Source: Methanocaldococcus jannaschii DSM 2661 (lineage in GTDB: Archaea > AGJL01 > Methanococci > Methanococcales > Methanocaldococcaceae). From it: a stretch of 32,000 nt of DNA. The notes beneath the pieces were generated by a model that worked only from the letters and a program-made list of their open reading frames with translations, was not told the origin of the DNA and made no database searches. Location of the stretch: positions 1,116,629 to 1,148,628 of the forward strand of contig NC_000909.1 of NCBI RefSeq assembly GCF_000091665.1, written 5' to 3'. A program made the translations under genes and the position numbers. Each line of letters begins with the position of its first letter. The stretch's first letter is position 1. Shown piece after piece: positions 17,958-28,478 of the stretch.

Positions 17958-19142
17958 ATGAGATTAATGAGCATAACAATTCAAAAAGATGCTTGTTTAG
18001 TCTGTTATGCGTGTCAGGCGGAGTGTCCTACCAAAGCAATAGATATAGATAGTTTTAAAGTATGCAACTTATGCATGGAGTGTGTTAAAGTCTGCCCAAC
18101 GGGAGCTTTGGTGGAGGAGGAGATTGAAGTTAATGGGAAGAAGTTGAAGAGGGTTAATTATTTAGCTCATAAGTGTGAGAAATGTGGGCAGTGTGCTGAG
18201 GCTTGTCCTATTGGCATAAAAAAGGTTGATGATGATTTCCCTTACTCAAAGGGGCATTGTGTCCTCTGTCAAAAGTGTATTGACGTGTGTCCAATAGAGA
18301 TCATTTCATTACCTGGAGTTATTGATAAGCCTAAGAAGGAAATAAAGCCACCAAAAGAACCGATAGCAGTTACTGATGCTTGTGTTGGTTGTGGAATTTG
18401 TGTTCCTGAATGTCCAGTTAATGCAATAACCTTAGAGAATAATAAAGCAGTCATCGATAAGAGTAAGTGTATTTACTGCAGTATTTGTGCCCAAACATGT
18501 CCATGGAATGCTATATTTGTAGCTGGGAAAATACCTAAGAAGAGGAGGAAGGAAGTTAAGAAGTTTGAAGTTAATGCAGAGAAGTGTATTTATTGTCTAA
18601 AGTGTGTTGAAGTCTGTCCGGGAGATATGATTAAGGTTGATGAGGAAAACTTAATCGTTATTCCACCAAAATCATGCCCAGCTTGTAAGCTCTGTGTTAA
18701 TATCTGTCCAGTCGATGCTTTAGATTTAGAGGTTAAACTAAGCTCACCACACCCAATAACTGATGAGGGCTTGGTTATTGTTGAGGAGGACTTTGAGGTT
18801 TTGAAAAAATGTGCTTCAGTCTGTCCAACTGAAGCAATTGTAGTTGATGAGGAGAAGAAGGAAGTAAGAATGTGTATCGTCTGTGGAGCTTGTACTGTAG
18901 CCTGTCCAACAGGAGCTTTAAAGCTTGGTAAGATAGAACATAATGGTAAGGAATACAACAGAATTGAATTCAGCCCTTACTTATGTGATAAGTGTGGCAA
19001 ATGTGTAGAAGTCTGCCCAATGAAGACATTAAGATTATCAAGAGGCAAATTACCATTGAAAGGATACTGTGTAATGTGCTTACTCTGCTTAAGTGTAGCT
19101 GAAAAAGAAAAGAAAGGAAAAAAGGTTTTGGAGTTAAGATAA
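17958..19142 (+). CDS. vhuB: Polyferredoxin associated with the Vhu hydrogenase
   Basis: About 12 CxxCxxCxxxCP-type [4Fe-4S] motifs across 394 aa. ATG 17967 (MSITIQKD..), 5 nt after the AGGAGGATGA SD region, is a likelier start than ATG 17958. Confidence 0.88.
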
Positions 19143-19165
19143 ATTAAAAAAGGGGTGAATCCCTT

Positions 19166-20473
19166 ATGGTAAAAGTTGTTAGAAATGTTGTCTGTCCGTT
19201 CTGTGGGACATTATGTGATGACTTAGAGATTTTAGTTGAAGATAACCACATAGTTGGAACAAGACATGCGTGTAGAATTGGAAATGCCAAGTTTATGCAC
19301 TTTGAGGGAGCTGTAAGATATACAGAGCCTTTAATGAGAGAAAACAAGAAAGATGATTTCAAAAAAGTTGATTATGAAACTGCAATTGAAGAAACAGCAA
19401 GATTATTAACTGAGGCTACTTTACCTCTAATTTATGGATGGAGTGCTACTGAATGTCATGCACATATGTACGGGGTTGAGTTGGCTGAATTAGTTGGGGC
19501 AGTTATTGACAACACTGCAAGTGTTTGACACGGACCTTCACTTTTAGCTGTGCAGGATGTAGGATACCCCGTCTGTACCTTAGGAGAAGTTAAAAACAGA
19601 GCTGATGTTATCATCTTCTGGGGTTCAAACCCAATGCACGCCCACCCAAGGCATATGAGTAGATATTCAGTCTTTGCAAGAGGGTTTTTCAGAGAGAGGG
19701 GAAGAGAGGATAGGACTTTGATTGTTGTTGACCCAAGAGAGACTGATACTGCAAAGTTGGCAGATATTCATTTACAAGTAGAGCCACATAAAGATTATGA
19801 ATTAGTTAGTGCAATGAGGGCTGTGTTGAAGGGCTTTGAGTTACAAGTAGATAAAGTTGCTGGAGTTCCAGCTGATTTGATATATGAAGCAGTTGAAGTT
19901 TGTAAAAATGCCCAATTTGGAGAGTTGTTTTTCGCTATGGGAGTAACGATGACAAGAGGTAAGCATAGAAACATTGACAATGCTATCCAGTTGGTTATTG
20001 ACTTAAACGCATACACAAAATTCGGATTAATGCCAATGAGAGGACACTACAACGTCAATGGATTCAACCAAGTCTTGACATGGGTTACAGGTTATCCATT
20101 TGGTGTTGATTTCTCAAGAGGTTATCCAAGATACAACCCAGGAGAGACAACAGCTAACGACTTGTTGCAAAGAGGAGAAACTGATATGATGTTGAACATC
20201 GCTTCAGATCCTGGAGCACACTTCCCACAAAAAGCTGTACAGCACATGGCAAAGATACCATTGGTTTGTATTGACCCACACGAAACACCAACAACTCAAT
20301 TGGCAAACATCATCATTCCACCAGCAATCGCTGGAGTTGAGGTTGAAGGAACTGCCTATAGAATGGATGGGGTTCCAATTCAGTTGAGGAAGGTTATTGA
20401 TCCACCAGAAGGAGTCTTACCAGATAGAGAAATATTGAAGATACTCATTAAGAAAGTTAAAGAGATGCTCTAA
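19166..20473 (+). CDS. fwdB: Tungsten formylmethanofuran dehydrogenase subunit B, selenocysteine-containing (UGA 19526-19528)
   Basis: ORFs 19166-19528 and the following ORF (track start 19550) are one frame interrupted only by TGA: ..[24 protein letters not shown]... N-terminal [10 protein letters not shown] cluster motif and a molybdopterin-oxidoreductase fold. SECIS downstream. Confidence 0.9.
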
Positions 20474-20584
20474 AAATTCTAATAAGAAAAGTATAAATAT
20501 TAGATTTGCATGTAATGAGATATTGGGGTGGGCGTGCAACGCTAACCATCTTTGGGGTATCCTACATCCTGCGTTACACGTCGT

Positions 20585-20620
20585 ATGTTGGAGGGGAACC
20601 CGTAAGGGACCCTCCAACAT
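20585..20620 (+). promoter_or_regulatory. Archaeal SECIS element for fwdB
   Basis: AUGUUGGAGGG-GAA-CCC-GUAA-GGG-A-CCCUCCAACAU: an 11-bp lower helix, the GAA/A loop, three G-C pairs and a 4-nt loop. Confidence 0.9.
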
Positions 20621-20723
20621 TTTATTATTTTGGAGATTTTAATTAGTTTATTTGAATTCATAAATTAAATTTTATAAAATAAAAAATAATTTTATTTTTA
20701 TATTAATTTATAAGGAGATGAAA

Positions 20724-22280
20724 TCATTTTTCTCTTTTTGCCAAGATTTTGTTGATTCCATCTATAACTGCCTCAACTGAAGCCCTAACTATATCTTCAC
20801 TTGCTGCCTTTGTTGTTATCTCCCTTCCATATCCTTCTAAGGTTACAATAACCTCCGCCAATGCATCAGTTCCTCCAGTTATGGCATTTATATGATACTC
20901 TTTAAGTTTAATCTTCTCTCCAATGGCTTTTTGTATTGCCTTAACTGCCGCATCTACTGGTCCAACACCAATAGCTGAGCTCTTCTTAATCTCTTCTTCA
21001 ATCTTTAAAGCAACTGATGCAGTTGGAATAACTCTATTACCTGTCATAACCGCTATTTGCTCCAACTCAACAACTCTATCTTTTTTAGCCAACTTACCAA
21101 CAACATCCTCAACTATTGCCTCAACATCTCTGTCAGTGACTCTCTTTCCTTTATCTCCAAGAGCTTTAATTCTCTTAACTATCTCATCAAATTGATCTTT
21201 ATTTATATCCTTACCAACCTCAATTCCTAATTCTTTTAACTTTGCCTCAATTGCATGTGTTCCTGTGTGCTTACCTAAGATTATTTTTCTCTTCTGCCCA
21301 ACTAACTCTGGGGGTATAGGTTCATAGGTTAAAGCATGAGCTAAAACTCCATGTGCATGTATTCCACTTTCATGAGCGAAAGCGTTCTCTCCAACAATTG
21401 CCTTGTTTGGTTGGACTTTAATTTCAGTGTATTTTGATACAAGCTGAGATATCTCATAAAGTTTTTGTGTTTTTATATTAGTTTTAACTCCATAGATTGA
21501 CATTAAGCTCATAACTACCTCTTCCAATGCTGCATTTCCTCCTCTCTCTCCTAAGCCGTTTATTGTACAATGTACTTGCTCTGCTCCTGCTTCAACTGCT
21601 GCCAATGAGTTTGCAACAGCTAAACCAAAGTCGTTGTGGCAATGCACAGATATAGGGACTTTTATTTCCTTCTTTAGCTCATTTATTAGATAATACATAG
21701 CCCTTGGAATCATAACTCCAACGGTATCTGGAACGTTGATTATATCTGCTCCAGCATCTACTGCCTTTTTATAAACTTCTATTAAATAGTCAATCTCTGT
21801 TCTTGTTGCATCTTCTGCTGAAAACTCAACTCTAATCCCATGTTCTTTTATGTACTCTATGGCATCAACTGCAATATCAATAATCTCTTCCTTTGATTTT
21901 TTTAATTTATATTTTCTATGCAATGGAGAGGTTGCTATAAATGTATGGATTCTATCAACTCCGCAATCTATAGCTACATCTATATCCTTTTTTACAGCCC
22001 TTGCCAATCCGCAGATTTCAGCATCTAAGTTTAATGAGCAGATTTTTTTAATAGCCTCCTGCTCTCCTAATGATGATACTGGAAAACCAGCCTCAATAAC
22101 ATCAACTCCTAAATCATCTAATTTTATGGCTATGTCTATTTTCTCCTCTGGAGTTAAAGAGACACCTGGAGTTTGCTCTCCATCTCTGAGTGTTGTGTCA
22201 AAGATATAAACCCTATCTGGAATGTTTAAATTCTCAAGTGCCTTTTTTATAATTTCATTCTCTTCCCTATAAATTATCAT
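20724..22280 (-). CDS. leuA: 2-isopropylmalate synthase (DRE-TIM family with C-terminal LeuA regulatory domain)
   Basis: 518 aa. Contains [15 protein letters not shown] and [21 protein letters not shown] motifs plus a C-terminal dimerisation/regulatory domain. Assignment to LeuA rather than the citramalate or homocitrate synthase paralogues rests on my memory of this locus. Confidence 0.8.
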   Translation of the reverse strand: MIIYREENEIIKKALENLNIPDRVYIFDTTLRDGEQTPGVSLTPEEKIDIAIKLDDLGVDVIEAGFPVSSLGEQEAIKKICSLNLDAEICGLARAVKKDIDVAIDCGVDRIHTFIATSPLHRKYKLKKSKEEIIDIAVDAIEYIKEHGIRVEFSAEDATRTEIDYLIEVYKKAVDAGADIINVPDTVGVMIPRAMYYLINELKKEIKVPISVHCHNDFGLAVANSLAAVEAGAEQVHCTINGLGERGGNAALEEVVMSLMSIYGVKTNIKTQKLYEISQLVSKYTEIKVQPNKAIVGENAFAHESGIHAHGVLAHALTYEPIPPELVGQKRKIILGKHTGTHAIEAKLKELGIEVGKDINKDQFDEIVKRIKALGDKGKRVTDRDVEAIVEDVVGKLAKKDRVVELEQIAVMTGNRVIPTASVALKIEEEIKKSSAIGVGPVDAAVKAIQKAIGEKIKLKEYHINAITGGTDALAEVIVTLEGYGREITTKAASEDIVRASVEAVIDGINKILAKREK

Positions 22281-22415
22281 AATCCCACCAAAACTTTTTA
22301 ATTTTCTGTTATTTATGATGGGATGTTATAAAAATTTTACCTAATCAGATATATCATTAAAACGCTATAACTTAACCTTTCAAAATGATAGATTAAAGTT
22401 CATTTAATTCATCAA

Positions 22416-23516
22416 CTAAAGAATAATAAAGTTATAAACCCTAAATAATATCAACAATCCAGTTATCAGCATAGAGATTAATGATATAGCTTTTATTTTA
22501 CCTGAAGATTCTTTAAACACTGCCAAATATAGCAGAAAATAGGCTATTAATGTAGAAAACATACTCATATCCACCAAAGTCTTTGCATCAAAAATTAATA
22601 GGATTATAACTAATAAAGTATTTAAAATAACTCCATAGTATGGAATCTCCTTCCTTAATTTTATAAATGCCTTTGGGAATATCCTATCTTTTCCCATCCC
22701 ATAAGGCATATATGATAAAGTAAATAAAACACTAAACGCACAGCTGGAAATTATTAATAACATCCCAGCCAATAAAAATAGGTTATCTCCAATCAGTATC
22801 TTTAATATCTCATCTAAGTTGTTTGTTTTTACATTTAAAGATACTATGGTCAAGGAAAACAGGAGATACAAAACTCCAATGATAAAAGTCCCTACCAAGA
22901 GTCCATAAGCTATAGCTTTTTGATTTTTAAATGCTGACAATGGCATTGTTATACCTTCCCAACCAGTAGCAGTCCATAATCCAAAATATATTGTCAAAAT
23001 AGCATTTTTTAAATTAAACTCTCCAATGCTGTCAATTTTTATTCCATTTGAAAATACGATATATAAAATAATCGTTATCGTTAAAATTCCAAAGATTCTG
23101 ACAAAGTTTCCCACAATCCTCAACCCTCCCAATATTAAAGCTGTTAAAATAACAATCAAACATAATCCAACATAAGAAACGTTAAATTTTGTATTAAAAA
23201 CTATTTCAAAGAATGACACAACTCCAGATAGAGCAAAAACTCCAGAGAGCCATAATATATAGGCTGAAAAAACTCCAATTTCTCTCCCTAAAATTTTCAT
23301 TACAAATTTATAAACCCCTCCACTCTCACTTATTTTAGTGGAAGCATAGGCAAAAGGAGAAGCCATAATTAGAGACACAAATATTAGTAAAGCCCAACCC
23401 CATATTATAGATTTTCCAAACAGCAAATAGGTTAATGGAGATAGAACAAAAATCCCTCCACCAACAATGGACGTTATCGTTAAAAATACCGCATCTTTGA
23501 GTGTTAGATGCCCCAT
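22416..23516 (-). CDS. APC-superfamily amino acid permease (short, ~10 TM)
   Basis: 366 aa and very hydrophobic. The N-terminal segment LTITSIVGGGIFVLSP matches the APC family GSGIF-type first-helix motif. Confidence 0.7.
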   Translation of the reverse strand: MGHLTLKDAVFLTITSIVGGGIFVLSPLTYLLFGKSIIWGWALLIFVSLIMASPFAYASTKISESGGVYKFVMKILGREIGVFSAYILWLSGVFALSGVVSFFEIVFNTKFNVSYVGLCLIVILTALILGGLRIVGNFVRIFGILTITIILYIVFSNGIKIDSIGEFNLKNAILTIYFGLWTATGWEGITMPLSAFKNQKAIAYGLLVGTFIIGVLYLLFSLTIVSLNVKTNNLDEILKILIGDNLFLLAGMLLIISSCAFSVLFTLSYMPYGMGKDRIFPKAFIKLRKEIPYYGVILNTLLVIILLIFDAKTLVDMSMFSTLIAYFLLYLAVFKESSGKIKAISLISMLITGLLILFRVYNFIIL

Positions 23517-23613
23517 AACTACACCCTTATAAATTGATTAAACAAAGCAAAAATATTTAATATATCTTTTTCTTTTATAATTATCTTTATCTAAAATTTA
23601 ATTGAGGGATAAT

Positions 23614-25476
23614 ATGAAGATGCTACTAATCCATTCTGATTACTTAGAGTTTGAAGCTAAAGAAAAAACCAAGATTGCAGAGGAAACAGAAAACTTAAAA
23701 GGTAAGTTGGATGAGTGTTTAGCCTGCTTTATTGCAGTTGAAAGAGAAGATGAAAACAATCCAGAAGGAACTGCAATAGGAGCAGTTGAAGAGATTGAGA
23801 AAGTTGCTAATCAATTAAAGGTCAATAATATTGTTGTTTATCCTTATGCACATCTATCAAGTGATTTATCCTCACCAGAAACAGCAGTTAAGGTTTTAAA
23901 AGACATTGAGAGTATTTTAAAAGAGAGAGGTTATAATGTCTTAAGAGCACCATTTGGATGGTATAAGGCATTTAAAATCAGCTGTAAAGGACATCCTTTG
24001 AGTGAGTTGTCAAGAAAGATTGTAGCTAAGGAAGAAAAGAAAGAAGAAGGAGAAGAATCAAAATTCTACTTATTAAACCCAGAAACAGAGGAAATTATTG
24101 AATTGAATGAAAACAACATAAATATAATTAAAGATGAAGAGTTGTTAGCTTTAGCTAAACATGAATTGGGAATTAGAGAGCATAAAGAACATGATGAACC
24201 TCCTCATGTAAAGTTTATTAAAGAAAAGGATATCTGCAGTTATGAGGAAGCATCAGACCCTGGACATTTCAGATGGTATCCAAAGGGCAAGTTGATGAGA
24301 GATTTGTTAGCTGATTATGTTTATAACTTAGTTGTCAATATGGGAGCTATGCCAGTAGAAACACCAATTATGTATGATTTAGGAAACCCTGCTATTAGGG
24401 AACATGCTGATAAATTTGGAGAGAGGCAGTATAGGTTTAGACAAGGAAATAAAGAGCTAATGCTAAGATTTGCAGCATGCTTTGGGCAGTTTATGATGAA
24501 AAAGGATATGTATCTATTGCCAAGATATTTGCCATTAAAACTCTATGAATTATCAACATACAGCTTTAGATATGAGCAGAGGGGGGAGTTGGTTGGTTTA
24601 AAGAGATTGAGATGCTTTACAATGCCTGATATGCATACTGTCTGCTTAAACTTAGAGCAAGCAATGGAAGAGTTTGAAAAACAGTTCTGGGAATGTTTAA
24701 AAACTGGGGATGATTTAAATCTAAGCTATTCAGTAATATTTAGATTCACAAAGGACTTCTTTGATGAGCATAGGGATTGGTTCTTTAAAATAGCAAAGGA
24801 ATATAAGAACAAATATGGGAAAGATGTAATTTTAGAGATTTTACCAAAAAGAAAACACTATTGGGTTGGTAAGGTAGATATTGCTGTAATAGACAGCTTA
24901 GGAAGACCTATTGAGAACCCAACCGTGCAAATAGATGTTGAGAGTGCTAAGAGATTTGATATAAAAGTGCATACAAATGAAGGAGAGATTTATCCAATAA
25001 TATTGCACTGCTCACCAACTGGTTCAATTGAGAGGGTTTTGTGTGGTTTGTTGGAAAAAGCTGCTATAGAGGCTGAAAAAGGAAATGCTCCAATGTTGCC
25101 TGTTTGGCTCTCTCCGATACAAGTTAGAGTTATTCCAGTGGCTGAAAGACATTATGACTATGCTTTAAAAGTAGCTGAGAAGTTGAGAGAAAACAACATT
25201 AGGGCAGATTTTGATGATAGAGAAGAAAGTGTAAGCAAAAAGATTAGAAATGCAGGAAAAGAATGGGTTCCTTACGTTGTAGTTATTGGAGATGAGGAAA
25301 TGGAATCTGACAAATTGACAGTTACTATTAGAGAAAAATCAACCTTAAAGAAACCATATAAGGAGAAGATGACATTAGATGAGTTGATTGAAAGGATTAA
25401 AAAAGAAACTGCTAACTACCCATATAGGCCTTTACCATTGCCAATAAGATGCTCATTACAGCCAAAGTTCCATTAA
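23614..25476 (+). CDS. thrS: Threonyl-tRNA synthetase (archaeal type with N-terminal editing domain)
   Basis: The ORF track starts at TTG 23602. ATG 23614 ([19 protein letters not shown]) follows the SD GAGGGA. Class II aaRS core (..[11 protein letters not shown].., ..[13 protein letters not shown]..) and a C-terminal anticodon-binding domain. Confidence 0.9.
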   Translation: MKMLLIHSDYLEFEAKEKTKIAEETENLKGKLDECLACFIAVEREDENNPEGTAIGAVEEIEKVANQLKVNNIVVYPYAHLSSDLSSPETAVKVLKDIESILKERGYNVLRAPFGWYKAFKISCKGHPLSELSRKIVAKEEKKEEGEESKFYLLNPETEEIIELNENNINIIKDEELLALAKHELGIREHKEHDEPPHVKFIKEKDICSYEEASDPGHFRWYPKGKLMRDLLADYVYNLVVNMGAMPVETPIMYDLGNPAIREHADKFGERQYRFRQGNKELMLRFAACFGQFMMKKDMYLLPRYLPLKLYELSTYSFRYEQRGELVGLKRLRCFTMPDMHTVCLNLEQAMEEFEKQFWECLKTGDDLNLSYSVIFRFTKDFFDEHRDWFFKIAKEYKNKYGKDVILEILPKRKHYWVGKVDIAVIDSLGRPIENPTVQIDVESAKRFDIKVHTNEGEIYPIILHCSPTGSIERVLCGLLEKAAIEAEKGNAPMLPVWLSPIQVRVIPVAERHYDYALKVAEKLRENNIRADFDDREESVSKKIRNAGKEWVPYVVVIGDEEMESDKLTVTIREKSTLKKPYKEKMTLDELIERIKKETANYPYRPLPLPIRCSLQPKFH

Positions 25477-25691
25477 AAATTTTTTATAGCTATACTAAAT
25501 ATTCTTCTTATTGTTTTTATCACATGCATGAAAAACTATATAAATAACAATTGATATTTTATTTTTAAATAACTATTTGCTGTCTATTTTCTATATAATA
25601 AATCATATAAAAATATCATCCATTATATTAACTTAAATAAATGTTAGTAATTTAAAGCCAAGGTCTTTTTTACAATTATCTGGGGGAGAAC

Positions 25692-27977
25692 ATGATAGTA
25701 AAGTGTCCAATTTGTGATGGAACAGGAAAGAAAGTAGTTAAATACAAAACATGCCCTGTATGTGAGGGAACTGGATTTATAGATGAATTTTCACCAAAGC
25801 AACACATGAAAAGAGTTTCTAAGAGAGCAACTTATGACTTAGATTATGGAGAAATTCCCTGCCCTAAATGTAAAGGGACAGGAAAAGTTCCAGTTTATGC
25901 AAAATGTGATTTTTGTGGTGGAAGTGGAAAGGTAGTTAAATGTGATAGATGCGGAGCTATAATTGGTAAATATCCTGACTTTAAAGATAGGACATTGTGT
26001 GATAAATGTCTAAAAGAAGAGGAAGAGAGAAAGAAAGGGCTTAGAAATGTATATGTGTTTGATGAATTGGCAACATTCTATGATGTTGAGCCAGGTAAAT
26101 TTTACAAAGGAGTAGTTACAAGAATTGAGAAGTATGGAGCTTTTATCAATTTAAATGAACAAGTTAGAGGGCTTTTAAGACCAAGAGACATGATAAGCTT
26201 AAGATTGGAGAATTTAAATGTTGGTGATGAAATCATAGTTCAAGCAATAGATGTAAGACCAGAAAAGAGAGAGATTGACTTTAAATACATCCCACTAACA
26301 ACCTATGATTTAGTTAAATATGAAAAAGAAGTTCCATTGTCTCAGATAAAGGACATATCCCAAAATTTAGTTGAGATGAGAGACCAGGTTGTGCATATAA
26401 GAGGAGAGGTTGTTCAGATTGTTCAGACACCAGGACCTACAGTATTCACCATAACAGATGGAACTGACTTTGCATGGGTAGCTGCTTTAGAAATAGCCGG
26501 TTTGAGAGCTCATCCGGATGTTAAAGTTGGAGACATAGTTGATGTTATTGGTAGAGTAACAATAAGGGATGGAAGATTACAGATTGAAAGGATAAAGCTT
26601 CAAAAATTGGAAGGAGATGAGGCAGAGGAAATTAGGAAAAAAATAGAGGAAGAAATTGATAGAAGGGCAGAGCCAGCTAAGGATATTCCATTCTTAGTTA
26701 AGAGTGAAGTTTTAGAGAGATTGAGACCAAAAATGGCGGATGTTGCTAAGAGAATTAGGAAGGCAGTTTTAGACGGAAGACCAATAATTATTAGACATCA
26801 TGCAGATACAGATGGTTATTGTGGAGGAATTGCTTTAGAAAAGGCAATATTACCAATAATTGATAAATTTGCCATAGACGTTGATGCAATATGGCACTTC
26901 TTTAAAAGGAGGCCGTCAAAAGCACCATTCTATGAATTAGAAGATGTAACAAAGGATTTGGTATTCTCTATAGAAGATGCCTTGAAATTTGGTCAGAAAC
27001 TACCTTTGATTGTATTGATTGATAATGGAAGTACTGATGAAGATATTCCAGCCATATCCAAAGCTAAAGCTTATGGTATAGAGGTTATTGTAATAGACCA
27101 CCACTTCCCTGGAGAGGTTGTTGATGGAAAAGTTGAGGTTGATGACTACGTAGATGCTCATGTCAATCCATACTTAGTTGGAGGAGATAGCAATTTAACC
27201 GCTGGAGTATTAGGAACTGAAATAGCGAGGATGATTAATCCAGATGTTGAGGATGAGATAAAGCATATTCCAGGAATAGCAGTTGTTGGAGACCATGCTA
27301 AAGGAGAGGAAGCGGAACAGTATGTAAAAATAGCCCTTGACAGATTGAATGAATTGAGTAAAAAATACGGTAAAGGAAGAACTTACGATAGAGAGTATTT
27401 GGAGAAAATAGCCCTATGTATGGATTTTGAGGCGTTCTACTTAAGATTCATGGATGGTAAGGGAATTGTTGATGATATATTAGCAACAAACATAAAAGAG
27501 TTTGGAAGACATGAAGAACTTATAGACATATTGTATGAGCAGGCAATGAAGATGGTTGAAAGACAGATGAAGGCAGTAATTCCAGCTTTAAAAACAGAAT
27601 TCTTAGAGAATGGAATTATATTAAATACATTAGATGTTGAGAAATATGCCCACAAATTTACCTTCCCAGCTCCAGGAAAAACAACTGGATTTGCTCATGA
27701 CTATATAGTTCAAAAATATGGTGAGGATAAGCCAATCATAACTCTCTCCTATGGCCCTGACTTTGGAGTTGTTAGAGCTACAGATGCAGTTCATGAAAAA
27801 TACAATTTCAACTTAAACTTAATAGTTGAGCAATTAATGGAGGAGATTCCTGAGGCATCTTTGGATGGAGGAGGTCATGAGTGTGCAGGTAGCTTGAAGT
27901 TTGTTGAGGGGTTAAGAGATAAAGTAATTGGTAGATTTATTGAAATCATCAAAAATATGAAGCCAAAAGAGCAATAA
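25692..27977 (+). CDS. RecJ-like DHH/DHHA1 phosphoesterase with N-terminal DnaJ-type CxxCxGxG zinc module, S1 and OB-fold domains
   Basis: Four CxxCxGxG repeats (CPICDGTG, CPVCEGTG, CPKCKGTG, CDFCGGSG). S1-like segment FYKGVVTRIEKYGAFINL. OB fold (VHIRGEVVQIVQTPGPTVFTITDG..). DHH motifs (HHADTDGYCG, LIDNG, VIDHH) and DHHA1 GGGHECAGS. Confidence 0.75.
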   Translation: MIVKCPICDGTGKKVVKYKTCPVCEGTGFIDEFSPKQHMKRVSKRATYDLDYGEIPCPKCKGTGKVPVYAKCDFCGGSGKVVKCDRCGAIIGKYPDFKDRTLCDKCLKEEEERKKGLRNVYVFDELATFYDVEPGKFYKGVVTRIEKYGAFINLNEQVRGLLRPRDMISLRLENLNVGDEIIVQAIDVRPEKREIDFKYIPLTTYDLVKYEKEVPLSQIKDISQNLVEMRDQVVHIRGEVVQIVQTPGPTVFTITDGTDFAWVAALEIAGLRAHPDVKVGDIVDVIGRVTIRDGRLQIERIKLQKLEGDEAEEIRKKIEEEIDRRAEPAKDIPFLVKSEVLERLRPKMADVAKRIRKAVLDGRPIIIRHHADTDGYCGGIALEKAILPIIDKFAIDVDAIWHFFKRRPSKAPFYELEDVTKDLVFSIEDALKFGQKLPLIVLIDNGSTDEDIPAISKAKAYGIEVIVIDHHFPGEVVDGKVEVDDYVDAHVNPYLVGGDSNLTAGVLGTEIARMINPDVEDEIKHIPGIAVVGDHAKGEEAEQYVKIALDRLNELSKKYGKGRTYDREYLEKIALCMDFEAFYLRFMDGKGIVDDILATNIKEFGRHEELIDILYEQAMKMVERQMKAVIPALKTEFLENGIILNTLDVEKYAHKFTFPAPGKTTGFAHDYIVQKYGEDKPIITLSYGPDFGVVRATDAVHEKYNFNLNLIVEQLMEEIPEASLDGGGHECAGSLKFVEGLRDKVIGRFIEIIKNMKPKEQ

Positions 27978-27996
27978 AAAATAATAAATAATTTTT

Positions 27997-28437
27997 TTAG
28001 ATTTTTTTGCTCATCTCATATAAGAAGATAGCTAAATTACCTAAAGCTCCAATCTCATTTTCTACTATATATCTCCCTAAACCTTTCTCTAACTCTAATT
28101 TTGTGAAACCGGTTGAAGCTCCACAGAAAACAACCAAATCATTTTCTCCAACTTCATTAAAATCTACCTTCTCATCACAGATACTTTTATTTCCAATTAA
28201 AAACACTTTCTCAGGTCTTAAAACTTCTATAGCATCATCTAACTCTTCAAAGAATAAAACATTCTTTCCTAATTTGTATGCCATTTTATGTAGTGTTGGA
28301 ATTCCACTCTGAGCAGCTGATGCAGTTGCCTTTGTTACAACTATTGTGTTGATATCAAATCCATAAGCGATTCTTCCAAACTCTTCTACTTGCTTAGCAC
28401 TGTATGTGTTATGCAAACAAATAAACATTTTTCTCAC
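27997..28437 (-). CDS. Small SPOUT-like (trefoil-knot methyltransferase-like) protein, function unknown
   Basis: 146 aa. My by-eye alignment to minimal SPOUT enzymes (TrmL-like) pairs DLVVFCGASTGFTKLELEKG with the lvfG.E..Gl motif, and YIVENEIGALGNLAIFLYE with the IPm....SLN...A.ai.lYE motif. No nuclease motif seen. Low certainty. Confidence 0.4.
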   Translation of the reverse strand: MRKMFICLHNTYSAKQVEEFGRIAYGFDINTIVVTKATASAAQSGIPTLHKMAYKLGKNVLFFEELDDAIEVLRPEKVFLIGNKSICDEKVDFNEVGENDLVVFCGASTGFTKLELEKGLGRYIVENEIGALGNLAIFLYEMSKKI

Positions 28438-28478
28438 CTTTTTAGTTTTTTGTATTTTTTTATTTATTTTTCATTTTT

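Noticed and set aside
20553-20562. Shared GGGGTATCC 9-mer between the fwdB 3' UTR (plus strand) and the 1888-2041 element (minus strand, 2033-2041), as evidence for a common repeat family.
   Set aside because: A single 9-mer match in 64 kb of two-strand sequence is within chance expectation, and the flanking sequence shows no extended similarity.
20417-20620. 67-aa minus-strand ORF covering the fwdB 3' end, the GC-rich helix and the SECIS.
   Set aside because: It stays open only because the GC-rich structured UTR lacks stop codons. The translation is low-complexity, and the region is better explained as RNA structure.
27997-28437. Assigning the 146-aa gene next to the C5 methyltransferase as the cognate restriction endonuclease or a Vsr-type mismatch endonuclease.
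   Set aside because: I could find no PD-(D/E)xK, HNH, GIY-YIG or Vsr signature. The C-terminal motifs align better with SPOUT methyltransferases. This remains an open question and is listed as a finding rather than an annotation.
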